Shown here piece by piece: positions 27,425-37,396 of a stretch of DNA of 64,000 nucleotides (the first letter of the stretch is position 1; each line of letters starts with the position of its first letter). The notes beneath the pieces are model-generated. The model was not told the origin of the DNA. It saw only the letters and a program-made list of their open reading frames with translations, and ran no database searches. The stretch is from NCBI GenBank assembly GCA_963790825.1, contig CAWBPM010000002.1, positions 295,159-359,158 on the forward strand. The letters are read 5' to 3'. This stretch comes from Candidatus Levyibacteriota bacterium (GTDB lineage: Bacteria > Patescibacteriota > Microgenomatia > Levybacterales > UBA12049). The position numbers were made by a program, and so were the translations under genes.

Positions 27425-27772
27425 TCACCTCTTTTCTGCTTTTTTCTCTTGTTCTTCTTGCGCTATATATAATGCTCTTCCTTTTTTACTCATATCCCAG
27501 GAAGCTATAACTCTGATTTTGTTATTTCTTATTGTAAAATAGATTTCAAGTCTTCTTCCTGCATCCGTTTTTCCAAGTATACCGAATCGTCGCTCATCAA
27601 GCGTTGAGTGTTTTGGATCTTTTAAGAAAATGAGTGGTTTATTAAAAAACACTTCCTCACTTTCTCTGGGTTCTGTATGATGTTTCTCCCTATTTTTAAT
27701 GATATTTACATCATTCCACTCAAAACCTTCTATATTCGCAAGATCATCCAGATCGAAATCATCTACGCTCAT
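27425..27772 (-). CDS. brnT: BrnT-type toxin, second copy
   Basis: FEWNDVNIIKNREKHHTEPRESEEVF...IRVIASWDMSKKGRALY. Confidence 0.8.
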   Translation of the reverse strand: MSVDDFDLDDLANIEGFEWNDVNIIKNREKHHTEPRESEEVFFNKPLIFLKDPKHSTLDERRFGILGKTDAGRRLEIYFTIRNNKIRVIASWDMSKKGRALYIAQEEQEKKAEKR

Positions 27773-27876
27773 ATGTTGTTATTATGTATATAACCATACA
27801 ATACAATTTGCAGTTTGTCAATAGCTTATAGTTAATATTTTACAACATAATAACATATATGTTATAAATAGCTATT

Positions 27877-28149
27877 ATGAGAACCTTGGAAGATTTTGAA
27901 AAAGAATTATTATCAGACCCTGAAGTTAAAAAGGAGTATGACAAACTTGCTCCTCGCTACGCATTGATTTCAGAATTAATAGCTGCACGTATAAAAAAAG
28001 GGTTAACGCAAAAAGAGTTAGCTGAAAGAATAGGAACTACACAATCATCCATTGCGCGATTAGAAGGGGGGAATGTAAATCCTTCTCTTGATTTTTTGGA
28101 GAAAATAGCACATGTATTAGAAAGTCAGCTTACAGTTCATTTTGCTTAA
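27877..28149 (+). CDS. XRE-family HTH protein (HigA-like antitoxin/regulator)
   Basis: LTQKELAERIGTTQSSIARLEGG is a classic XRE HTH. 90 aa. Divergent from BrnT-2 with inverted repeats in the shared intergenic region. Confidence 0.7.
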   Translation: MRTLEDFEKELLSDPEVKKEYDKLAPRYALISELIAARIKKGLTQKELAERIGTTQSSIARLEGGNVNPSLDFLEKIAHVLESQLTVHFA

Positions 28150-28409
28150 AACCTCATCTCATTATTCCAGCCTTCAAAATTTCAATAAAATGTCGTAAAG
28201 ATGTCATTCTGCGATATGAAGCATAGAAAGCTAGAAAAAATAATTCCTACTTTCAATAAATATTATTGGAAATGCTTCTGGCTATAACCATAGTTTATAG
28301 CCAAACCACTAGGAGGTAATCTTATGTCGTGAAATGATGTTTTACGACGCGGACGTAATATTGCAAGTTTAGCTCTACTACGGTTTAATTTCTTTAAGAG
28401 CTTATTGTT

Positions 28410-29195
28410 ATGATAAAAAAGATAGTATCAAGTATTTACACTGTTCTTGCCTCTCTATTTATAGCATTCGTAAGTTTTTGTATTATAGGAGTCTCATATG
28501 AAAAATCAAATTCATCTCATGTACAACCGTGGCAAATATTATTAGTTTTTGTGTTTCTCTTCAGCTTACTTATGTTTGTCGTTTCTGTCATTGGGAGCAT
28601 CCTGCATCATTTCTCAAAGGCGAGTACTCAAGTCACACCTAGCACTCCTTTAGAAACAAATGACTACATGACAGTACAAAATCAGAATTTTTCGATTCCA
28701 AATACCTCAAACATACAGCAAATGTCAACAAATCAAACTACTTATATTAATTATTCTCCTGTACAACGCTCTATAAATAGTAAGTTGATATTTAAAGTTA
28801 TTGCCAAATATGCATCTTTTATCTTTCTTATAAATCTTGCTTGTATATCCCTATCCGTGGTTATTTTTGGTGCTTTTGGGGCAATTTTACATTTTACTGA
28901 AGCATTAGGGATACTTTATGCTCTAATTTTTGGTAATATATTATCCTTGCCGTATGGATATATATTTTGTTATAAAGCCGTAGAAGAATATTTCCATAAA
29001 GGAGGGCTTACACAAAAGAATATTGGTTTTACGATTACTTTTACTGTTGTTATACTTGTTAGTTTAGCTTGGGGAATTATTAATTTACAACTTACTCATA
29101 CTTTTAATTTTCAGTATGGCTTCATACCTTTGCTACTTGCTATAATTGCTGCTAAAAGAGCAGAACGTAAATTTAATCAAGCTATACCCTCCTAA
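28410..29195 (+). CDS. Integral membrane protein, hypothetical
   Basis: 261 aa with six or more hydrophobic helices. Confidence 0.5.
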   Translation: MIKKIVSSIYTVLASLFIAFVSFCIIGVSYEKSNSSHVQPWQILLVFVFLFSLLMFVVSVIGSILHHFSKASTQVTPSTPLETNDYMTVQNQNFSIPNTSNIQQMSTNQTTYINYSPVQRSINSKLIFKVIAKYASFIFLINLACISLSVVIFGAFGAILHFTEALGILYALIFGNILSLPYGYIFCYKAVEEYFHKGGLTQKNIGFTITFTVVILVSLAWGIINLQLTHTFNFQYGFIPLLLAIIAAKRAERKFNQAIPS

Positions 29196-29278
29196 TGCCA
29201 CAGAGTTTGTTTTTAGTATCTCACTTTGACTAGTGGGTATATTACTCATGTCCTAAAACCGGGTTTATGCAACACGAA

Positions 29279-29572
29279 TTATTTCTTGTAGTTGAATGAC
29301 AACAGGGCGTACATAATGAAAAACGGCAGAAGAAGAAAAACAATATATTGAGTTAATAAATTACCTAAAGACAAATTATATAATGAATCTGGACATTGAC
29401 TTAATAGAGAATAGCTTCCCCAAGAAGTATGATGACTAAAATCTATCACCATAGGACATAATCTTGGAGCTGAAGACATTGACACTAGACGTGTCACAAA
29501 AACTACAATAATTGCGACACATGTGCTTATGAGTAGTTTGTGTTTTTGTAAATTAGATTTTCTCATCGTCAT
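29279..29572 (-). CDS. Small membrane protein, hypothetical
   Basis: 97 aa with two hydrophobic helices. Confidence 0.35.
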   Translation of the reverse strand: MTMRKSNLQKHKLLISTCVAIIVVFVTRLVSMSSAPRLCPMVIDFSHHTSWGSYSLLSQCPDSLYNLSLGNLLTQYIVFLLLPFFIMYALLSFNYKK

Positions 29573-29837
29573 TTTTAGTATTACTTATCTCTCTTTAGAA
29601 GTCAAACTATGCCTATAACGATAAATTGTCGGCATATGTTAAACAGGATTATGTATAAGTTTATACCAAATAACGGAAAGTCTGCGTTTCATGGTCACAA
29701 TATATTTAATACCAAAATTCCCCCAAAAGGGACTCGAACCTAAAATCGAGGGAAAATAGAGAAAACTGAGCCTAAAACTTACTTAGGTTCGAGCGTCCCA
29801 TACGGGTTGTTAAATTTCGAGGCTGTTTTTAAGGTGT

Positions 29838-29910
29838 ACCCCTGGAGGGATTCGAACCCCCGACCTTGTCGTTAGAACCGACCAGCTCTATCCTCTGAGC
29901 TACAGGGGCG
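29838..29910 (-). tRNA. tRNA-Arg (anticodon TCT)
   Basis: Manual cloverleaf fold: acceptor GCCCCTG/CAGGGGT (G1-U72), D-stem GCTC/GAGC, anticodon loop GTTCTAA, T-arm GGGGG-TTCGAAT-CCCTC. CCA is not encoded. Confidence 0.8.
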
Positions 29911-30024
29911 GATTTGTACTCATATTCTACCAATAATACCAACTTCCTGCAAACCAACCAACCCCTCCTCATTTTCTGCTTCGTTGCGAATAATAAAGAG
30001 ATTGCGTATAATAAAAGAGGTATG

Positions 30025-31020
30025 CTTGAAAAAATTATTCGCTATTTGCTAAAAAACCAGGTGATTCTGGCGCTTACTATTATCCTTATTTGCTGGTTTA
30101 TTATTCAGACTAGAGACATTTTAGTATTATTTTTTCTGGCATATATTGTAATGGCGGCACTTTTACCGTTCGTGTCTTTTCTGAAAACCAAACATTTACC
30201 TAAACTATTAACCGTTATCATTCCTTATATTGGTGTGTTATTTATTTTAATTTCTCTAGCTTTTCTCCTCGTTCCGTTTATTACCGCACAAATTCAATCG
30301 CTTTTTTCTATTTTCCCCCAATATCTGAACCATTCTGCTAATATTTTCGGTTTTAAAACAGATCCTAAGCAAATTCAAAATTATATCTCCAATGACTACA
30401 GTATCTTAGGATCAAATGCTTTGGCAGTCACCGGACAACTTTTCGGCGGTGTATTTTCTCTTTTAACGATATTTATCGTCAGTTTCTATATGCTTGTCTA
30501 TCATGAGCATTTTCAGAACTGGCTGGCAGGATTGGCTTCTCCCCATTCACATCTCCGCATTATTAAAATTCTCGGTGAAATTGATGATAGACTGGGAGCC
30601 TGGCTTCGGGGACAAGTAGTTTTGTCTTTCTTTGTCGGTCTTTTCAGTTGGATCGCATTAGCCCTACTCCATGTACCTTATGCCTTACCGCTGGCTATTA
30701 TAGCAGGATTTCTTGAAATACTGCCAACCATCGGTCCTATTCTCTCGGCAATTCCATCGGTTATCGTGGCACTGACTGTCTCACCGAGCCTTGCGTTTTG
30801 GGTAGTAGTAGCATATATTATTATTCAGCTTCTTGAGAGTAATCTATTGGTGCCGAATGTGATGCAGAAAGCCGTAGGACTGAATCCGATTGTTGTCATT
30901 TTTGGTATCACAATAGGAGTGACTTTAATGGGAATAACCGGAGCTCTACTTTCTCTTCCTTTTATTTCCTTTCTCGTTGTTTTGTTTAACAGTATCCACG
31001 CTGAGGAACCGAGTAAATAA
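30025..31020 (+). CDS. AI-2E family transporter (PerM/YdiK-like, UPF0118)
   Basis: Eight-TM topology with a conserved C-terminal region. The ORF-track start at 29914 abuts the tRNA, so the MLEKII start at 30025 is more plausible. Confidence 0.7.
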   Translation, partial: LEKIIRYLLKNQVILALTIILICWFIIQTRDILVLFFLAYIVMAALLPFVSFLKTKHLPKLLTVIIPYIGVLFILISLAFLLVPFITAQIQSLFSIFPQYLNHSANIFGFKTDPKQIQNYISNDYSILGSNALAVTGQLFGGVFSLLTIFIVSFYMLVYHEHFQNWLAGLASPHSHLRIIKILGEIDDRLGAWLRGQVVLSFFVGLFSWIALALLHVPYALPLAIIAGFLEILPTIGPILSAIPSVIVALTVSPSLAFWVVVAYIIIQLLESNLLVPNVMQKAVGLNPIVVIFGITIGVTLMGITGALLSLPFISFLVVLFNSIHAEEPSK

Positions 31021-31085
31021 CCCTTACTAACCACTAATCTCTTCTTTCCAAAGTGAATTGTTCTGAATCCTTTGCGAAAGACTAT

Positions 31086-31156
31086 GAGCGGGTGAAGGGA
31101 ATCGAACCCTCGTATCAACTTTGGAAAAGTTGTGTTCTGCCATTGAACTACACCCG
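31086..31156 (-). tRNA. tRNA-Gly (anticodon TCC)
   Basis: Acceptor GCGGGTG/CACCCGC, D-arm GTTC-AATGGCA-GAAC, anticodon stem CAACT/AGTTG with loop TTTCCAA, T-arm GAGGG-TTCGATT-CCCTT. Confidence 0.85.
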
Positions 31157-31238
31157 CGAGATCACTTCGTATTTTATACAAAATCACGGGTAATTGCAAA
31201 ATTTTGTGTGATCCTATTTATAGGAGTATAATTAACAT

Positions 31239-31934
31239 ATGAACCTGAAACGGATATTTAATGAGCTAAAAAAATACTCTCCGGAAGTATTCTTTAATCG
31301 GAAAAAAACCTATGTGTACGTAGCGATGGGGGACAGTTCGGTTGAAGGAATGGGTGCTACTAAACCGGAGAGGTCGTATACCGGAATTATTTATACTGCT
31401 CTTAAGGAAAAACGAAATTCGGTTGAGTATCATAATTTGGGGAAAGCATTTGCCAGTATCAGAGATGTTGTAGATTCACAGCTTGATAAGGCGATTTCTT
31501 TAAATCCCGATCTGATTACGCTGTCGGTCGGTGCCAATGATGTGCCGAAACGAACGCAACTTTTGCAATTTGAGAAAGATTTGAATTATCTTTTTAACCG
31601 GCTGAAAAATGAAACAACTGCGGAAATTATTATTAATACCATTCCCGACATGTCCTATACTCCGTTTTTAAAAGATAAACTCCATTTGCGGACACTCAGT
31701 AAAGTACTGGTGTGGAGGTTAAATCAAAAAATTAAGAAACAAGCTGAAAAAGCTCATATTTACGTTATTGATCTTTATGAACAAAGTAAAATTTTTCTGA
31801 AAAACTATCCGGAAGGAGTCTCGGAAGACGGATTCCATCCTTCTGATTTCGGCTACGCCCTGTGGGCTAATATTATCTTAATGCAAATTCCTCATATACT
31901 GCTTCAGCCAAAGCATAAATTTCGCTTCTGGTAA
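31239..31934 (+). CDS. SGNH/GDSL-family hydrolase
   Basis: Block I VAMGDSSVEG. Block III/V GANDVPK and DGFHPS. Confidence 0.75.
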   Translation: MNLKRIFNELKKYSPEVFFNRKKTYVYVAMGDSSVEGMGATKPERSYTGIIYTALKEKRNSVEYHNLGKAFASIRDVVDSQLDKAISLNPDLITLSVGANDVPKRTQLLQFEKDLNYLFNRLKNETTAEIIINTIPDMSYTPFLKDKLHLRTLSKVLVWRLNQKIKKQAEKAHIYVIDLYEQSKIFLKNYPEGVSEDGFHPSDFGYALWANIILMQIPHILLQPKHKFRFW

Positions 31935-31968
31935 GCACTCATGATATAATTTCTCACTTAAATTTCAT

Positions 31969-32823
31969 ATGAGGAAATACCGAAAACATAGAAAATACAC
32001 AAAGAAGCACAGGAAAAATAAGCTGCTCACAAACTATACTTTTTCTTTTAGCACGGTACTGATAGGCTTTATTCCGTTAATTACTATATCTATTATTATT
32101 TTTTCCTATTTCTTTATCAGGACTACATATTTTCATGAAGCGTTCCAAGGATTTTCTTTGCCGGTTCCCAGCGTTGCAATTCGCCTCCCGCAAGTTGTTC
32201 CAGAAATAAATAGCATTAAAAACCAAACAATTATTACTATTCATTCTGTCCGCTTTCCTTCATTTTCCTTCCCGCACATTCCAATAAAAATCCCGCTTCC
32301 ATCTTTTGTGCTACCTCACCTAACTTTACCCGCTATAGTTGCCCCGCAATTTACCTTTCCCGGGTTTATTCTGCCTTCTCTTAGTTTTCCTCAAATTGAT
32401 TGGGAGTTCGTAGGAGAAAAAATATTACAAATTCTGTCTATTCCAACACAAATCTGGCTCTCCTCTACACAGAAGATTATAAGTGGGGGAGAAGTAGTCA
32501 TTCAATTACTTATACTTCTGAATCCACTTCCGGGGATAAAGGTTATACTGCAAATTATTTCTGTTTTCATAAATACACTATTTATGGGTACTGCTCAAAT
32601 TATCCAAAGCTTTTTGGCGGGAATCCGGCAGTTTTTTCATACGCTCTTCTTGCCTTTGGATCCTTTTTTTCTTTGGCTGCATGAAAGAACAGATTTTAAT
32701 ATGGACGTGGCGCATAAAACGTTTGTTATAATTACTCCGTTTACACACTTACTTAGTTTATCGTTCCAAACTACGCTTAATGAAATATTAAAGAGTTTTC
32801 AGGATACTTTTTCTGTATTTTAG
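31969..32823 (+). CDS. Hypothetical membrane protein with a basic N-terminus and Pro-rich FP(S/H)xSFP repeats
   Basis: 284 aa. N-terminus is lysine/arginine rich, followed by a TM helix and repeated (F/L)PxxxFP motifs. Confidence 0.4.
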   Translation: MRKYRKHRKYTKKHRKNKLLTNYTFSFSTVLIGFIPLITISIIIFSYFFIRTTYFHEAFQGFSLPVPSVAIRLPQVVPEINSIKNQTIITIHSVRFPSFSFPHIPIKIPLPSFVLPHLTLPAIVAPQFTFPGFILPSLSFPQIDWEFVGEKILQILSIPTQIWLSSTQKIISGGEVVIQLLILLNPLPGIKVILQIISVFINTLFMGTAQIIQSFLAGIRQFFHTLFLPLDPFFLWLHERTDFNMDVAHKTFVIITPFTHLLSLSFQTTLNEILKSFQDTFSVF

Positions 32824-32856
32824 GAAGATTTCTTCGGGTCAATTTGCCTATCAGGT

Positions 32857-35256
32857 TTACCTAGATACTTGGGGTAAGATTTGCGACAATGCCCGGTCTA
32901 CTGTCAGAACAGGCATACCGCTATTTTTAATCGTTTGTAATTCCGCATCTAAATCAGAACCGGAAATACTATATGGATCAGTAGGATTATCTACTTGATG
33001 ATAGACCAAAACCAGCCATGTTTTATCTTGTTTTGCCTGCTCTACCCACGCTGTCACCTGGGAAGGAGTTGTACTGGTATTTACATCCTGAACTAAAATA
33101 TCATAAATATTAAAATTATCTTTTGAGTTATACCCTGTTTCTACTCCCCGATGTGAACGGTAATACTCTTTAATAACAGCCATTACCTGATCGTTGTATG
33201 CGCCGTATGGCGTAGCAAAATCATTAAATGATGTTCCGAATATCGTCTGTAAATCTTTTTGAGATTGGCCTAGCTCTATCTGCAGTTGATCAGGAGTCAC
33301 TGTGGTCAAATCAGGATGATCCAGTGTATGAGCAGCAAGTTCATCGCCTGCAGATTGTAACTCTGCAGCCTGCGTAGCCGTCATGAAAAAATCCGTGTTT
33401 AAAAAGCCTGAAACTAAATAGAAAGTTCCCGGTAAATTATATTTTTGCATGATAGGGAATGCACCGGAATATTGCGACTCAATTCCGTCGTCCCACGTGA
33501 TACTGACTAGTCCCTGATTAAATCCTTCCGGTACATAATTTACCACTTGGTAATCATCGGTTATTAAGAAACCTACGGATGAAAGAAGATGCATCACGGT
33601 CATCGTCTGTGCACTTGCCGGTGCGGTAAATGACGCGACGTACTGTGTCCAGTTTGTTTCGGCTTGAGCAGGGTTAAGTTCTGAGTAGCTTTGCGTACCA
33701 TCGCTACTGGTAAACTCTATTACAATACGGGAGGTAGTATTTGACTCATAGTAGTCTTTAAAGTAATATTTTTGCATAGGTGTTACCGGTTGCGAATCAT
33801 AATACCACTTGGCATCTCCGCTTGTATAACTGGTAACTTGCGTTTCTACGCTCTTAGTGCCGGTGTGTCCGGTCGAAAGATAAGTGAATACCGGCGTATT
33901 GGTTCCCCAGCTATTTGTATGCCAGCCTAGCGGCTGTCCGTTTAAACTTGAGGTCTGTTCAAGTGAGTTATTCGGCACATTATCCGTAATAACAGGTGTT
34001 TCGACAGTTTGGCTCGTCAAAGAAACCGAGTCAACGTAAAGAACAGACGTGGCAGATCCTGATATATCATGCAAAACAATACCGGTAATAGTTTTATTAT
34101 CAGCACTCAGGCTGGAAAGCGGAATATTATAAACCGTCCAACTTCCCTGAGTAGGCTGTCCGCCCAGCGAGCCAAGATCAATTGGTGTAGTTATTGCTTT
34201 TCCCGTATTGTCTTCCACGTAAATAGCGTAATCTGAATTGCCTTGTCCGGCTTGCAAGGCAAAATGAAGCATGGTATAGCTACTTGTATCAATACCGGTA
34301 GGGTTATGTAAATCTAATCCGGAGTAGGCAGCTGTCGCTGTGTAATTAATCGACTGTGATCCGGCGTAAACCGGGGATGAATTGGCAAAGTTTATATTGC
34401 TGTCCCAGGACCAGCTTTGCCAGCCGCTGGATAAATTATCATCATAGATAACGTGACTACCTGGAATCGGCGTAATTGTTGGCGTAGGTGTAGGCACGGA
34501 AGTAACCGAAGGCATAGGAGTTGTTGTCGGCAAAGGCGTACTGGTAGGCGTCGGTGACGGTTTATTGGTCGGGGTAGGCGTAATCGGTTTTGTTGGCGCA
34601 GGAGTCATTGTTGGCGTTAAAGTCGGTTTATTGGTCGGGGTAGGCGTTCTCGTCGGAGTTACAGAAGGTTTAGAAGTAGGCGTTGGGGTTGGAATAGTAT
34701 AGGTTATTGCCAATACCGGTTGATTGCTGCTTGCTTCTTTTGATCTAATTGTAAGCGTATCATTTCCGTTGGATTTAATCGCCAGGGAAACAATCTTTCC
34801 CGCATTACCAGAAACAAAAGACGTTAAATCTATTGTAACAGTACCTGTTTTCGAAGCGGTAAAGGTTTTTACTATTTGCGAACCTACGACAGGTTGTTTA
34901 CTATAAGTTATTCCTGTTTCAGTCCACGAGGTATCTGTTACTTGATATATCTGTTCCGAATTGATTGAAGCGTTGGTTATACTGAGAGATAACTGTGCTT
35001 TTGTAATTACCTTAGCGGACAGAGAAGATAGGTCAAATTTAAAATATGTTACATCTGTTGGTGATTTAATTACGTTTAGTGAGCTGGAAGTGCCATAATT
35101 GGTAGAGGGAAGTGACGAATTGACATACGAATCCGCAGTCGGTTTAAGAGAAATCGTCGTACTTGCGGCTAATGCATTTTCATGCAAAGATAACCCGCTA
35201 AATACGCAGATCAAAACAATTACAAGAATGCCAAGGACCCTTTTTATCAGATTCAT
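32857..35256 (-). CDS. Large secreted polysaccharide deacetylase (NodB-homology domain) with Pro/Thr linker and N-terminal beta-rich domains
   Basis: C-terminal ITWDDGIESQY...LAAHTLDHPDL are NodB motifs 1 and 2. Long PT-rich linker TPTPTSKPSVTPTRTPTPTNKPT. Signal peptide after MNLIKRVLGILVIVLI. Confidence 0.7.
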   Translation of the reverse strand: MNLIKRVLGILVIVLICVFSGLSLHENALAASTTISLKPTADSYVNSSLPSTNYGTSSSLNVIKSPTDVTYFKFDLSSLSAKVITKAQLSLSITNASINSEQIYQVTDTSWTETGITYSKQPVVGSQIVKTFTASKTGTVTIDLTSFVSGNAGKIVSLAIKSNGNDTLTIRSKEASSNQPVLAITYTIPTPTPTSKPSVTPTRTPTPTNKPTLTPTMTPAPTKPITPTPTNKPSPTPTSTPLPTTTPMPSVTSVPTPTPTITPIPGSHVIYDDNLSSGWQSWSWDSNINFANSSPVYAGSQSINYTATAAYSGLDLHNPTGIDTSSYTMLHFALQAGQGNSDYAIYVEDNTGKAITTPIDLGSLGGQPTQGSWTVYNIPLSSLSADNKTITGIVLHDISGSATSVLYVDSVSLTSQTVETPVITDNVPNNSLEQTSSLNGQPLGWHTNSWGTNTPVFTYLSTGHTGTKSVETQVTSYTSGDAKWYYDSQPVTPMQKYYFKDYYESNTTSRIVIEFTSSDGTQSYSELNPAQAETNWTQYVASFTAPASAQTMTVMHLLSSVGFLITDDYQVVNYVPEGFNQGLVSITWDDGIESQYSGAFPIMQKYNLPGTFYLVSGFLNTDFFMTATQAAELQSAGDELAAHTLDHPDLTTVTPDQLQIELGQSQKDLQTIFGTSFNDFATPYGAYNDQVMAVIKEYYRSHRGVETGYNSKDNFNIYDILVQDVNTSTTPSQVTAWVEQAKQDKTWLVLVYHQVDNPTDPYSISGSDLDAELQTIKNSGMPVLTVDRALSQILPQVSR

Positions 35257-35381
35257 TACAGTATTATAGTATATATTATAGGATATGTCAAGTTGTACAT
35301 TATTTATGTTTCCAGGCACAAATAGGCGTTATGTGTCAAAATATTAAGCTTTTTGCTATACTACGTTTGAATTTTTTAATT

Positions 35382-36647
35382 ATGAAGAAAGCACAGGAAG
35401 TCATTGTCTATCTTAAACCCCGCAAAAAAATAATGAGAAAATCCACTCCGAAGAAGAAAAAGAAAGCCTTAAGATCCTTGCAATTAGCTGCCTGGAATAT
35501 TACGCAAAAAAATATCGCCGGGAAACTGCTCCTATTATTAACCGGGGTCCTTTCCGCGTCCTTGTTGGCTATTATCCTAATGATTGGTGCAATATATTTT
35601 TTTATTCAAACACATGAAGAATTTGCCGCAAATCTGGCAGACTATACACTCAGGCCGATTATTGGAAGTCAGGCTACGGTAAGCTTGGAAGCTGCTTTTT
35701 TTAACTTACAGGATAAGTTTAATCAGTTGCAGTACTTATTTAATAAATCGTCAGATAGTGTAATTGCCGATACGAAAGTTCCCCCCTTTCCCACAATACA
35801 GCCTGTTGATACTGCTTTTACGCTTAAACCGATTCCACCTATCCTTACCGATTCCAAACTCCCCGGAGAAGGTATCTGGACATCATTTGTCGGATCTGAC
35901 GAAGCGGTTATGGGTAAAACCGTATTCCGACCCGATCCGGAGCGTCCCTACGCAGTCGTAACACTCGTGAAAATGGATATGAACAAGCTTTCATTGGGAA
36001 GTGTAGCCGGTCTCAGAGAACCCGGAGGTCCTCAGAATCCGGGCCCGGGCATGGTACCTATGGATATCCAAAACAGTAACCATCTCTTGGCCGCCTTTGA
36101 CGGTGGTTTTCAGGGTAAAGACGGTTATTACGGCATGGTCGTGGGAAATAAAGAGTATCTCCCTTTGCAAAAAAATTTGGCAACGTTTGTTATTCACAGG
36201 AATCACAAACCGGAAATTTTACGCTTTTCAGGTAAAAACATCGGTGATGATGTTCTGGTTGCCAGACAAAATGGACCGCTTCTTATCGAAGATTCGCAAA
36301 TTGTTGCCACTTCCAGTGCCTGGGATACGCAAACATGGGGATTGACTACCACAAACAGTATGTATACCTGGCGGTCTGGTGCGGGAATTACGAAAGAAGG
36401 AGATCTTATCTATGCCTCTGGTCCGTCTCTTATCCCTGAGACTTTGTCCGTTGCCCTTAAAGCTGCAGGTTCGGTAAATGCAATGCAACTTGATATTAAT
36501 CCTGTATGGGTGCGCTTTGTAATTTTTCACTCCTTGGAAAATGGTCAATATTCATTTGATCCGCTAACGCAGGATATGGTAAATGGAGGATATGAATACT
36601 TGCATGGCTATCAAAAAGACTTCTTCTATGTTTACAGGAAGACGTAG
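35382..36647 (+). CDS. Phosphodiester glycosidase family protein (NAGPA/DUF2233-like)
   Basis: C-terminal AAGSVNAMQLDINPVW resembles the MQLDGGGS motif. N-terminal TM anchor. The start is uncertain (35331, 35382 or 35433). Confidence 0.55.
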   Translation: MKKAQEVIVYLKPRKKIMRKSTPKKKKKALRSLQLAAWNITQKNIAGKLLLLLTGVLSASLLAIILMIGAIYFFIQTHEEFAANLADYTLRPIIGSQATVSLEAAFFNLQDKFNQLQYLFNKSSDSVIADTKVPPFPTIQPVDTAFTLKPIPPILTDSKLPGEGIWTSFVGSDEAVMGKTVFRPDPERPYAVVTLVKMDMNKLSLGSVAGLREPGGPQNPGPGMVPMDIQNSNHLLAAFDGGFQGKDGYYGMVVGNKEYLPLQKNLATFVIHRNHKPEILRFSGKNIGDDVLVARQNGPLLIEDSQIVATSSAWDTQTWGLTTTNSMYTWRSGAGITKEGDLIYASGPSLIPETLSVALKAAGSVNAMQLDINPVWVRFVIFHSLENGQYSFDPLTQDMVNGGYEYLHGYQKDFFYVYRKT

Positions 36648-36723
36648 ACCTAGAATTAGGGATTTATGCAAAGATTTTTTTTAACTTATATATAAAAATA
36701 GAGTTAGCAATTACGAGTTACTA

Positions 36724-37215
36724 TTATTTACTTTGCTTATAAGGATGTTTCTCTTTTTTCTGCTTTGGGGGGTTAGGGCTATAAAATGACTCATGCACTC
36801 CATCCATTAGGCCTCCGACAAGGCCAAAAACCGGCATAGTAAAGGATAAGCTAGTCGCATAATATCCGGCAGAATCTTTAAAATAACTCAGAGCTTCTCC
36901 CGCATTTCCCTGATCGATGGAGCCCTTGGTTGCTATTCCCACTGCGGTTCCCAGTATTATACCCGCTCCAACTATTGCTCCTTTTTTTGCTCCGCGTCTG
37001 AATCTCGGCCAAGAAAAGGGTTCCTGTTCTTCCGATTCTGAAATTGTAGGGAATATTCTCTCTGTAAAAGAAGGTCCTACTTCCGGAATCTTAACTAATA
37101 TTTGCTTCCTGCTTTGAGCGGCTTCCCTGCGTCGTCTCACCTCGCAAAGGTCAATTGGTCTTCTCGACACAGTTGACTGATATATATTCCTTGTTTCTTT
37201 CTCTTGACGTCCCAT
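36724..37215 (-). CDS. Hypothetical protein with a glycine-zipper membrane segment
   Basis: GAIVGAGIILGTAVGIATKG glycine zipper. 163 aa. Confidence 0.4.
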   Translation of the reverse strand: MGRQEKETRNIYQSTVSRRPIDLCEVRRRREAAQSRKQILVKIPEVGPSFTERIFPTISESEEQEPFSWPRFRRGAKKGAIVGAGIILGTAVGIATKGSIDQGNAGEALSYFKDSAGYYATSLSFTMPVFGLVGGLMDGVHESFYSPNPPKQKKEKHPYKQSK

Positions 37216-37396
37216 ATTATATATTATACTACAGTTTTATCATTTTTACAAATAAAGCAAAAAGTATTATTTTTTTTATTTAACTTAGAATTTATTTCTA
37301 TAATTCCCATTACCTTCGGGACGAGGTACTTATGTGCTTAATAATAACTGTTATTGATTTTATAAACAACCAAGTATATACTCTGAGAAATCCTAT

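Noticed and set aside
29700-29810. Possible additional tRNA next to tRNA-Arg
   Set aside because: Contains T-arm-like GGTTCGAG motifs, but I could not form an acceptor stem or a full cloverleaf. Treated as a tRNA-like palindrome or pseudogene pending tRNAscan.
29914-30024. ORF-track start of the AI-2E transporter at 29914
   Set aside because: It would begin 4 nt from the tRNA-Arg 5-prime end and add a non-conserved hydrophilic extension. An internal start at 30025 with a typical N-terminus is preferred.
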